DNA of 63,742 nt, counting the filler, from Octopus bimaculoides (Eukaryota): assembly GCF_001194135.2 (NCBI RefSeq). It is 4 parts of 4 records of this genome, joined end to end, with 100 filler letters (N's around TTAATTAATTAA, not from the genome) between each part and the next. Parts side by side here need not be neighbours in the genome. Positions count along the whole stretch, not along the records: positions 50,035 to 60,188 come from NC_068994.1; positions 60,289 to 63,742 come from NC_068997.1; 2 more parts are not named here. One strand, given 5' to 3'. Of this stretch, positions 52,196-63,742 are shown piece by piece. Every line of letters begins with the position of its first letter. The first letter of the stretch is position 1. The notes below the pieces were generated by a model, which worked only from the letters and a program-made list of their open reading frames with translations, was not told the origin of the DNA and ran no database searches. The position numbers were made by a program, and so were the translations under genes.

Positions 52196-52267
<72 letters not shown>

Positions 52268-52353
52268 CTGGGTGTATCACATTCTTAATCTATATACATA
52301 CGTAATGTATGCATATATCTATACATGTAATGCTTACAATATTAAAGCTACTA

Positions 52354-52554
52354 AAGGCGGCGAGCTGGCAGAAACGTTAGCACGCCGGGCGAATTGCTTA
52401 GCGGTATTTCGTTTATCTTTACGCTCTGAGTTCAAATTCCACCGAGGTCGACTTTGCCTTTCATCCTTTCGGGGTCGATAAATTACGTACCAGTTGTGTA
52501 CTAGGGTCGATCTAATCGACTGAATCCCTAGTCCGTGTGCTTAGAGTAGAAAAG
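52354..52554 (+). mobile_element. SINE family B, full length, with perfect 16-bp TSD
   Basis: AATATTAAAGCTACTA at 52338-52353 and 52555-52570. Confidence 0.92.
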
Positions 52555-53941
52555 AATATTAAAGCTACTACTAACATAAACTTGTGTATGTGTGTTTAAG
52601 TACGTGCGTCTATGAGTATGTTTGAACGTGTATCTCATACTTAATGAAGCTGAACCCGAGACCAAGTTGTTGGGGAGAAAGCTTCTGGCCACACAGCCAT
52701 GGATATGGCTGTGTCTATGTTTATAGAACAAGTTTTTACGAGACATTACGAAGATTTATTATGAAACAATAAAGACAAGGCATTTATTAGTTTACTAATT
52801 TTTTCTGCAAAACCAAAGAAGCGCGAAGCGGAATCGCGAAGAAAAAATCCCTGCTGTAGTACTACGCATGATCTATTGAAACAGATCTTCATTATTGACA
52901 GGTGCAATATTCTAATTAAATCCCAGTATGGTCAAAGTACGGTACAGAAGATTTATTAAGGAATGCTACCAAATTGGATATTTGAAAGAATCGTGTGTGT
53001 TTTGTGTGTGTCTGTGTCTGTATCTGTGGGAGATAGAGAGGGAGAGACAGAAGGAGAGAGAGGGGGAAAGAGAGGGAGAGACAGAGGGAGAGAGAGGGGT
53101 AAAGAGAGGGAGAGAGAGAGATGAATATAATTGAAATAATAAGGTAGTTAATTTGCGGTTTAATTAAACATTAATTGGTTCTAGTTACTGAAGGCTATCC
53201 CGTAACGTGCATTGAATCAGCACACCGCGAGTAAACATTGTTATCTGCAGGACTTGAGATATGATATTTTTGTATATCAGAAGCTCCTTGATGAAAATTA
53301 TATATTCAAGGGTCTTTTGTGCAGAAAATGCTATAAATTACTCATTCTTCGTTTATGCTTTGAAATATATTTCAAAAGCTGAAATGTTTTTTTAGTAAAT
53401 TTGTAATAGTTAAAATGATACAAATACCATATTTGTTCACCAAATTTCATTCCATAAAAGCTTTCCTTATATTTCAAAATAAATTAAATTAGATTAACAA
53501 CCGAAAACTTTATTTAGAAAAAAAACGCTTTTAAACATTTATACAAACATTAACGTCTTTCAAAAACAGGCCGATCAACTGTATGTAATAACAGTTTGAT
53601 ATATAAACATGTAAAAATTTACGCACCAATCTGAAAGGAGCATTTTGCAACAATTCATACAGTCTCAATGCAATCGATACAAAAGTATTTGTAAGTTAAA
53701 ATTATACGCTAGAGACGATTCATGATTTAAATAAATCCGTCAGGTATACTCACTATAGTATTTATACATCAAGTAAGTAAAACATATGCAGTCCACGAAT
53801 AATAAAACTAAAGCAAAACTGCCACCCTGCACAATGCTTAATATTGTGAGCAATATGTGTGTAGAAACGCACATACATACATTACTTATATACATACATG
53901 CATGCATACATACATATGTGCATACTTACGTACGTGCGTAC

Positions 53942-53980
<39 letters not shown>

Positions 53981-54281
53981 GAGAATATACAAATAATACC
54001 AACAGACGAGGACAGGTGGTGTAAATAACAAGAGGATATATTAGTATGACGCTCGGGAATACGGAAAGTCTTCAACAGAAAGAATACGGAGACAAGGAGA
54101 AAAACACGGAGAAAAAAAATTGAATAGTGTTCAGTCAACGGTCATACATACATACACCGTTAAAGATATTGAGTATATTCTTGATATAGTTTCACAACTG
54201 ATAACATTACATACACCATTCTAGCACATGTACGCATATGTGTGTGCTGGTGTGGAACGAGCTGGTAAAGAAACGTGCATG

Positions 54282-54324
<43 letters not shown>

Positions 54325-54484
54325 GTAACATTACTGACAAAATTTAATTAATTAATCGAATAGAACTGTGAGGTATTGGAAGTGTAAAGGAGAAAATATA
54401 TAATAAGTATAAAAATATCCTAAATCAATGGCAAATCCCATGTGCCAAAAATCAGAAAAAAATTACTACCACACCTACATAAAT

Positions 54485-54530
<46 letters not shown>

Positions 54531-55678
54531 TAACGGAGGCATGCGCACACGCATACAGACGCACAGACTCACATAATGAAGTTACATTTATAAATCAGTT
54601 CCTCTTAGAAGACATCTGCCCGAAGGCATGACGAAATGATTAATTTCTAAACGAAATTGACAAGTAAAAGGCATTATCCTTTTACATAAGCAAAACTGAA
54701 TTAAAGAAATGGAAAAAAATATTGCAAGAATGAAAAGAGGGTGTGGAATACATCAGAAGCTAAAGAAGGGAAGATGCAAACACATTTTCCTACCTCAGAG
54801 ATTCAGTGGAATGATGATGGCGAACATTTAAGATTATATACACGGAATATGTTCTTCATTATCACGAAATAAAAATATGACAGTAAAGATATAAATGTGC
54901 TGTAAATGACTACTATCAGACATCTATGATATGAAATATAAAGGATATATATATATATATATATCATTGGAATTACCTAGTCACACATGACAGATGTCCA
55001 AATGCAAATCTGGAAGTACGTATAATACTATTATTGGATAGCCGAGAACCGAACTTACTACCACATGACTGTGGGCCTCGTGCTCTAACCACTGAGCCAA
55101 GCCCATTACCACACACACACATATGTATATATATTGCGTGTTTCTTTCATTAGAGTAGAGGCCATGCTGGGGCATTTGTGGGCTCACCCGAAGGAATCAT
55201 AGGTAGTACTTAATGTTCAAAAGTCTGTTGCTGATTCTATCGGCCTCTTGTTCAGAACCGCCAAGTTTAAGGGACGGAAATACACCGACAAATGTTATCA
55301 ACTGGCATCGAGAAACAAGTACATACACATTTACACAACCACACTCAGATATATACATGTATATTTTTCAACAGGCTTCTTTCAATTTCCTAACAAAGGC
55401 TTCATATATTACTACTATTTAAAGAGTAATTAAGCATATTATCTATGGAAAATTGTTCGTGGCAATTACAGTCTATGTACTGTAATAATCTTTTATCCTT
55501 TCACTTGATTCCATGCTGGAGCACCTTTTAGTCAAGAAATCGACCACAGGACGTATTCTTTGTAGGCCTAGTCTCTATTGCCGAACTGCTATGTTACGAG
55601 GATGTAAACACACCAACATTAGTTGTCAAGCGACGGTTGGGGACAAGCACAGACACAAAGATAGAGACACGTAAATAG

Positions 55679-55709
<31 letters not shown>

Positions 55710-56959
55710 AGTAAATATGTGAAGTGTTATTACTGTTAAAAACATTAAGAATGAGGTGGCTAGCAAGATTTCTACCTAAACAGTTATAAAATATTCAAAG
55801 GAAAGAAGAGTAAAAATACCGCTTGGTAAAAGAATTAAAGCGAAAGCTTCAAAAAGCCACCGATTCTACGATGAATACACACATGTATGTATGTACGTGT
55901 GTTTATGTGTGTATGTGTGAAGAGCATCAAGTTTTGGGCACTAGATGTTCTGCTTAAGAAATAAATGGGATAACAAAAAATGCGATAGCTGTTACTGATA
56001 TGCAATGTAACATGCGATTATTATTCATAGGACTGTGTGGGTTAGGTGTAATTCACTTAGCAAATGTTAGACAAGAAACCAGAAGGTCGGTTAACAGTTG
56101 AAGTTCAACGTAGGAATAAATATGCAATTCTACCGAAATCGCAGGAATTGAGTTATCAAGCTGCTCTCAGCAGAGTTTGAGGTGGAATGTAATAATGATG
56201 GCGGTTATGATAACAATGTTGGTGATCATTATGTATACTTAGTACTTTCAATTGTCATAGCTATGATAATGGTAGTAGACATGGTAATGTGTTACAATTG
56301 TGATTATCGAAATTGGCTAAAACAGAAAGAAAAAAAGCAGCGGGATATATTTGAATAGTTAGAAGCGACCACAGATCCGCATGTATTAAGCAAATTATTC
56401 TATAGTTATTCATGTTCAAATAATATTCATTTCGATGTGGACGTTATGAAAATACCTCAATAACCCCTTGAAAACTTGGTGTTTAAAGAGAGACAACCAG
56501 TATATCTACGCATATTCATAAGCAAATAATCAGATACACATAAAACACACTTATACACAATCCAAAATTTATATTTATATTTACATACACGCAAACACGT
56601 ATATGTATGCAATATGCGAAATTCACTCTATAGATATGATGATACGTACAAATCAATGATTCTTCCATTTAACCATGTATATCTTAAATTCCCCCAAATA
56701 CTTAGGTCTGTCAGTTATTTATTCATATATGTGAATATCATATATGTATATAAAAGTAGATAAACATGCATACTTATTAATATGAATGAACTCATATCCA
56801 GTTATATAAATGTAGATATATGTCATTTTGTATACAAGCGGGTTTCATACCAGTCCAGAGCACCTTTGCACCGAAATTCGAGACACGCTTACTAGATCCC
56901 GTTTTCAATCTCACTTAAAATTTTGGGCAACTGTCCCTTTAACATGGCTCTCGTTTGAT

Positions 56960-57300
56960 GCAAGTAATGTGAATGAAAATGATATTTTCAGGTGATATGG
57001 TGCTAGTTGGCTCATCAGGAGGTGATCTCCAGTATGTACTGAATGGGTGGGCTGCCATGTGCTGCAAGGCAAGGACGAGAATTAATGTTACGAAGACAGA
57101 GACATTGGCCTTCACATGATACATGTTCCAGTGCACTCTGGTTGTGAGTAAAACATAAGTGAGAGAAGTGCAGAAGTTGATGGAGACCATATTCACAAGT
57201 GATGGGAAATAAGAGACGGAATTGGATGTTGGAATTGGAGCTGGTAACTCAGTAATACGTAAAGTGCAGCATTCTATCCTTGGAGCAGGTGATGTTGCTA
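56960..57300 (+). mobile_element. Decayed RTE (Rex3/Expander-like) RT fragment
   Basis: IFSGDMVLVGSSGGDLQYVL...INVTKTETL...IFTSDGK*ETELDVGIGAGNSV aligns by eye to the FADD/YLG region. Confidence 0.65.
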
Positions 57301-57444
57301 TGAGAAACTAAACTCGGTATCTCCAACGAATACCGGCTAATGCCCGAAAGTTCGCGATCGCGATTAAAAACTACTAAAGAGTGGTTTTCGGAAGGATTTC
57401 TGGAGTGACGTCACTTAAGTAGGTGCATATCTCTGAGATAAGGT

Positions 57445-57665
57445 TGTCAAGCGATGTTGGGGTCATAAACACAGACACAAACATATACACACACATACAT
57501 ATATATACAGATACGTACATATATCCGAGAGGCATCTTTCAGTTTCCGTCTACCAAATCCACTCAAAAGGCTTTGGTCGGCCCAAGGCCACGCACAGTAG
57601 GAATGAACCCGGAGCCATGTAATTGGTAAGCAAGCTATTTACCACACAGCCACTCCTGCGCCTAT
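57445..57665 (-). mobile_element. SINE family A, internally deleted, minus strand; other partial copies at 55490-55680 (-), 58895-59025 (+), 63350-63630 (+)
   Basis: Shared consensus blocks. Confidence 0.75.
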
Positions 57666-57683
57666 ATACATATATAAATACAT

Positions 57684-57724
<41 letters not shown>

Positions 57725-59593
57725 NNNNNNNNNNNNNNNNNNNNNNNNNNNNNNNNNNNNNNNNNNNNNNNNNNNNNNNNNNNNNNNNNNNNNNNNNNNN
57801 NNNNNNNNNNNNNNNNNNNNNNNNNNNNNNNNNNNNNNNNNNNNNNNNNNNNNNNNNNNNNNNNNNNNNNNNNNNNNNNNNNNNNNNNNNNNNNNNNNNN
57901 NNNNNNNNNNNNNNNNNNNNNNNNNNNNNNNNNNNNNNNNNNNNNNNNNNNNNNNNNNNNNNNNNNNNNNNNNNNNNNNNNNNNNNNNNNNNNNNNNNNN
58001 NNNNNNNNNNNNNNNNNNNNNNNNNNNNNNNNNNNNNNNNNNNNNNNNNNNNNNNNNATATATATATATATAGAAAAAAAAATCTAAAGGGAGAGAGAGA
58101 GATGTGAAAGTGTGTTCATGTCCATTCACACAATCGCGCGTGCACACATTCATATACACACATGTAAGCATGCATGTAAGTATGAATGACCAGTAAATGT
58201 ATTTACGTGTGTGTGTAATGATAGTTTGATGGCCCCGTAGATAATAACCTTATTTTCAACCACATCATTCCAAGTTTCATCGTAAAGAATCACACTTTTG
58301 GCACAATACGCTTTTATTATATATTATCACTGAAATCTATGACGAAAACAAAAAACACCACATGCTGGTTACTGGACAGTTTGTCTCCTTATGCATGAAA
58401 TATATTTTTTACTTTATATATTAGAACCACGGAAAACATTTATTTTGATATCTGTATGAGTCCAACAATAATATTCTTTTAAAAGCAAGTTAGAATATAT
58501 CTCATTCTGAAAAGTTTTTGGAGTAGCAACAGAGTTGAACGTTTCAATATTCGTTTCTTCTGTAACTCACATATTCGCAAGTATATTTAGATGTTAGCAA
58601 TGTTATGTTGGAAAATATTTAATGTCAAATGGTGAGAGAAATTTTGAGGCTGTGACAGTGAACTTTTATGAGATGCCAATTAATATAGATTGATGATTTC
58701 TACATATATTATATATCGGTCACAATATATTTTACAAAAGAAATCTCTATAAAAATGTACAGTGAAATTATAGACGAGGAACATTGATAAAGTAAGAGTA
58801 AATAGTAAATGAGTGGAAGTCTCCAAAAGAATGTAACTTAGTGCATCTAACGTTTATTTCCTCAAGCTTCTCATGAGGCCAACATATAAAAAAAAATCGG
58901 CTGTGTGGTAAGTAACTTGCTTACGAACCGCATGGCGAGTGTCTTCTACTATAGCCTCGGGCCGACCAAGGCCGTGTGAGTGGATTTAGTATACGGAAAC
59001 TGAAAGAAGCCCGTCGTATACATATATNNNNNNNNNNNNNNNNNNNNNNNNNNNNNNNNNNNNNNNNNNNNNNNNNNNNNNNNNNNNNNNNNNNNNNNNN
59101 NNNNNNNNNNNNNNNNNNNNNNNNNNNNNNNNNNNNNNNNNNNNNNNNNNNNNNNNNNNNNNNNNNNNNNNNNNNNNNNNNNNNNNNNNNNNNNNNNNNN
59201 NNNNNNNNNNNNNNNNNNNNNNNNNNNNNNNNNNNNNNNNNNNNNNNNNNNNNNNNNNNNNNNNNNNNNNNNNNNNNNNNNNNNNNNNNNNNNNNNNNNN
59301 NNNNNNNNNNNNNNNNNNNNNNNNNNNNNNNNNNNNNNNNNNNNNNNNNNNNNNNNNNNNNNNNNNNNNNNNNNNNNNNNNNNNNNNNNNNNNNNNNNNN
59401 NNNNNNNNNNNNNNNNNNNNNNNNNNNNNNNNNNNNNNNNNNNNNNNNNNNNNNNNNNNNNNNNNNNNNNNNNNNNNNNNNNNNNNNNNNNNNNNNNNNN
59501 NNNNNNNNNNNNNNNNNNNNNNNNNNNNNNNNNNNNNNNNNNNNNNNNNNNNNNNNNNNNNNNNNNNNNNNNNNNNNNNNNNNNNNNNNNNNN

Positions 59594-59624
<31 letters not shown>

Positions 59625-60157
59625 ATATAATATAAATAATATATATAGTCTTTTACTCTTTTACTTGCTTGCTCTTGTACCTAAATGGGAAGTATTTATA
59701 TACATTTTAATATTTCGCTTAGCCAGGGCACGACCTGCCGTCAAATTCAATATACGTCTGTTTCAGGACTGATTGCTTGATGAGTATACTGGCTTCATAA
59801 GAAAAGAGCGATAACATTGGAAAAAAACAAAGGTTATGTTTGTGCATTATTTCTGGCAGACACAGCTTCGCGGGGAGGAATCAAAGTTCAACTGGCACCA
59901 AAGACAATTTTGCTTTTTAGCATCTCGGAGTCGTTATACTAGTCAAGTACTAGCCTCGTGCTTAGTGACTCATACCTTCACCTGAAAGTTGTTACTATTA
60001 TGCCGTAAACAAATTCAATTATTATTTTACAAAAGATTTTACACAGGATTTTAATTAGTAGAATTGATATTTAATTTTCCTTCCTGCTTTAAATATTTTG
60101 ATTAATATATTTAGTACGCTCATTCCTGTACATACATCCATACACACACTCACACAA

Positions 60158-60188
<31 letters not shown>

Positions 60189-60288
60189 NNNNNNNNNNNN
60201 NNNNNNNNNNNNNNNNNNNNNNNNNNNNNNNNTTAATTAATTAANNNNNNNNNNNNNNNNNNNNNNNNNNNNNNNNNNNNNNNNNNNN

Positions 60289-60536
60289 TATAATCATAAA
60301 TATACAGGGATTAGCGTGAGTTGCTTCTCCAACATACTGAAAATTTAGAAAAAGCAGTCAAAGAACTACTGATTCCAAACTACAAATTCTTTCTCTAACG
60401 GATGGCGATATATCGCCATCCGTTAGAGAAAAAAAAAACTTGTAGTTTGGAATCAGTAGTTCTTTGACTGCTATTTCTAAATTTTCAGTATGTTGGAGAA
60501 GCAACTCATGCTAATCCCTGTATATTTATGATTATA
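60289..60536. repeat. Near-perfect zero-spacer palindrome, 248 bp
   Basis: Centre GATGGCGATA|TATCGCCATC at 60410/60411; arms of 122 and 126 bp with few mismatches. Confidence 0.97.
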
Positions 60537-60649
60537 AATGGTTTTACCGATAAAGGTTTTTTCATACTGAACTACTTGGCAAAATTGTTAATTATTAATT
60601 TTATTACTAATTGACGATTCCCTGCCCTATATCTGTATATATATATTAA

Positions 60650-60682
<33 letters not shown>

Positions 60683-60757
60683 ATATATATATACACATAT
60701 ATATATATACACTTACAAACAAACATACATACATACATACAGATAGGTAGAAAGATG

Positions 60758-60758
<1 letters not shown>

Positions 60759-60834
<76 letters not shown>
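60759..60834. repeat. (AGAT)n tetranucleotide microsatellite
   Basis: Direct reading. Confidence 0.97.
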
Positions 60835-61606
60835 CCCATGTCTCGTATTTTATGTTAAAGATGAAAAGCAAAGTTGATTTGAATTAAAAACTTAAAGTTG
60901 GAACTGAAAACTGTAAAGCATTTAGTTCGACATGAAATGATATAGAATCAACCCGGGGATTCATGCTTACTCAAAGTACTGCGCAGTGGGACAGAACCCA
61001 AGACCAAGTTTTATAACCACACAGCCATATGGCGCCTATGTGTGTATGTAGACTCTGTGTGTGTGTATGTGTGTGTGAGTAGGGATGTAAATGTGTGTGA
61101 TTGTGTTTGCGAGTGTGCGTGTACGTGTGCGTGTACGTGTGCGTGTACGTGTGCGTGTATGTGTGTGCACGTGTACGTTGTATGTGTGCATGGGAGCGTG
61201 TATCTGTGTGTATGTTGGTGAGATGGAGGAAGGGTTAAAAGGAAACACGCCCACGTACACACCTAAATGCGTGGGTGTGTTTATAGCATGGTTTTCTCAT
61301 TGTACACCTCTCGTAGCTATTTGGTGACCTGTGTGTGTGTGTGTGTGTGTGTAAGTGTGTGAGTGTAAGTGTGTGAACGTAAGCGTATGTGTGTGTAAGT
61401 GTGTGTAAGTGTGTGTAGGTGTGTGTGTGTAAGTGTACGTGTGTTTGTGTGTGTGTGAGTGTATGATAGAGGGACAATGACATATATATATGTATATATA
61501 TGTATATACACGTATATATATATATACATGAATATACATACATATATACAAATATATATACACACGCGTGTGTGTGTATATATATATATATATATAAAAG
61601 CATTTT

Positions 61607-61637
<31 letters not shown>

Positions 61638-61686
61638 NNNNNNNNNNGTGTGTGTGTATATATATATATATATATAAAAGCATTTT

Positions 61687-61717
<31 letters not shown>

Positions 61718-61858
61718 GCGTGTGTATATATATTTGTATATATGTATGTATATTCATGTATATATATATATATACATGTATATATATATACATGAATATA
61801 CATACATATATACAAATATATATACACACGCGTGTGTGTGTATATATATATATGCATA

Positions 61859-61893
<35 letters not shown>

Positions 61894-62031
61894 TATGTAT
61901 ATGTATATGTGTATATACATATCTATACATATATATATATATACGTATATGCATATCTATACATATATATATACAATACGCATATGCATATACACACATG
62001 CACACATACATATTCATGTACATACATACGT

Positions 62032-62080
<49 letters not shown>

Positions 62081-62504
62081 CGTCAGATTAGAAATAAGAG
62101 AATGACAGAGGGGAAAGTGAAAGAGAAAGAGAAAGAAGGAGAGGAGAGAAGAAAATGTTTGTCCGTGCATCTGGCCATGTGTGACTGCGCGTGTGTTTGT
62201 GTTTGTTTGGAGAAATGCGTAGGACGCGGAACAATAGCAACAACAACAACAACAACAGCAAAAATTGAACGCAAGAAAGCATTCCACAACATTAACAATA
62301 ATAGATAACATTAAGAATAACAAGAAAACAGCACCACCACCTCCTGCACCACCAAAACTAACACCATTACAACCACCACCGCCGCCGCCACCACCACCAT
62401 CACCACCACCACTACTACTACTACTACTGCTACTGCAACCATAACAAGGAACCGCTCTGTGATTGCAAAAAATAGCAGCCAAATCTGCTTCAACTCACAC
62501 CCTA

Positions 62505-63345
62505 GCATCTTAAAAACGTTTTATGTCACTTGACATGCTAGAAATGGCAACCAAATCTCCCTCAAATAACACTTTGGCCTCCTTAAAGGATAGATTAGAC
62601 AATATATGTTGTAGTCTTTGAAACACACACATACATACACGCCCTCTGTCTGTCTCTGTTTCTGTCTCTCTCTTTCTCACATACACACACATGCACTAAC
62701 ATACACACATATTCTCACACACACAAGAAGACAGAATCTTGATGCATATAACATCTTTGATCCAGGTTTGCTCAAACGCTTTGCTGAAGGCCACGAAAGT
62801 TATAATGGCGGGTAACTGTCTTGATTTAATTCTTCCTATGATACGGCACAGGTATAAGATCTGGGATGTTGTGGATCTCCCTGGTCTAAATCCATTTGAT
62901 TTTGTCTCAGATGGCTATCAAGCACCAGCTGAATCCTATTGAGGATCATTCGGTTGGTGACTTTGAGCGAGTTATTGGTCAGTGCAATTCCTCTGTAATC
63001 AGTTTCATTTCTGAGCTTTCCTTACTTTCGGATTGGTATCAAGCCAATCTCGAACCACTGATCTGGACTTTCTTGGTTCTGCAAGGACTTATTCGCAAAA
63101 TTCAGTACTATTTCATCCAAAATAACACCGCTTAATAACTTCAGAGGTGGAATTCCATCAGAGCCAGCAGTTTTCCCCTCCTTTAGTCTATTCTTGGCAC
63201 TGTGAACTTCTTCCAAATCAAAGGGTTCTATTCTGTATGTGAGATTGTTGAAAACACATTGAATTTCTTCGTCTTCACTGCTTACAAGGGGAGACTTTCC
63301 GGGCAATTGACTGAAATGTCGACACCACTTTTTGACACGCTCCTC
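62505..63345 (-). mobile_element. Decayed RTE/RTEX LINE RT fragment interrupted by a microsatellite
   Basis: LKEGKTAGSDGIPP, DQWFEIGLIPIRK*G...DYRGIALT...NRMILNRIQ...HLRQNQ and ITFVAFSKAF motifs. Confidence 0.82.
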
Positions 63346-63386
63346 ACTGCTGTATGTATGTATGTATGTATGTATGTATGTATGTA

Positions 63387-63423
<37 letters not shown>

Positions 63424-63707
63424 ATGCTTGTGTGTCTGTGTTTGTCCCTCCAATATCACTTGACAACCGATGCTGGTGTGCTTATGTCCCCGAAAGTTGG
63501 TGGTTCGGCAAAAGATACCGATAGTACTGGGCTTACAACGAATAAGTCCTGTGGTCGATTTGCTCGACTAAAGGCGTTGCTCCAGCATGGCCGCAGTCAA
63601 ATGATTGAAACAAATGAAAGAATAAAAGTATATGTATATGTATATATATGTATGTATATATACATATATATAGATATATGCATATACATATGTATATATG
63701 TATATGC

Positions 63708-63742
<35 letters not shown>

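Noticed and set aside
55040-55110. tRNA-like sequence on the minus strand
   Set aside because: A/B boxes are present but there is no closed cloverleaf or acceptor stem; it is a SINE head, not a tRNA gene.

Overview
AT-rich eukaryotic genomic DNA with many microsatellites and assembly gaps. It is most likely from an octopus or other coleoid cephalopod; this is inferred from the SINE families, the RTE/Penelope/R4 content and the microsatellite density, not from a database search. One protein-coding gene is well supported: a mu-class glutathione S-transferase on the minus strand. Six coding exons (13044-13006, 6997-6922, 5857-5793, 3227-3146, 2417-2317, 1108-1013) splice via canonical GT-AG sites into an open 153-aa frame (MSKPTLGYWKIRG...GKHTWFGGEK). 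Its last two exons should lie left of base 1. Most other recognisable sequence is a transposon mosaic: tRNA-derived SINEs, RTE/R4-Dong/Penelope/CR1-like LINE fragments, a solo LTR, a decayed hAT (Buster/Charlie) transposon, MITEs and a Helitron-like element. Nearly all long ORFs in the supplied track are artefacts of microsatellites or N-gaps. I found no demonstrable new multi-gene system. The best leads are a strand-asymmetric pre-miRNA-like hairpin in a GST intron, a 248-bp zero-spacer palindrome, R4/Dong copies sitting in (AAT)n arrays, a signal-peptide-like orphan exon at 41.3 kb and an apparent SINE orientation bias.
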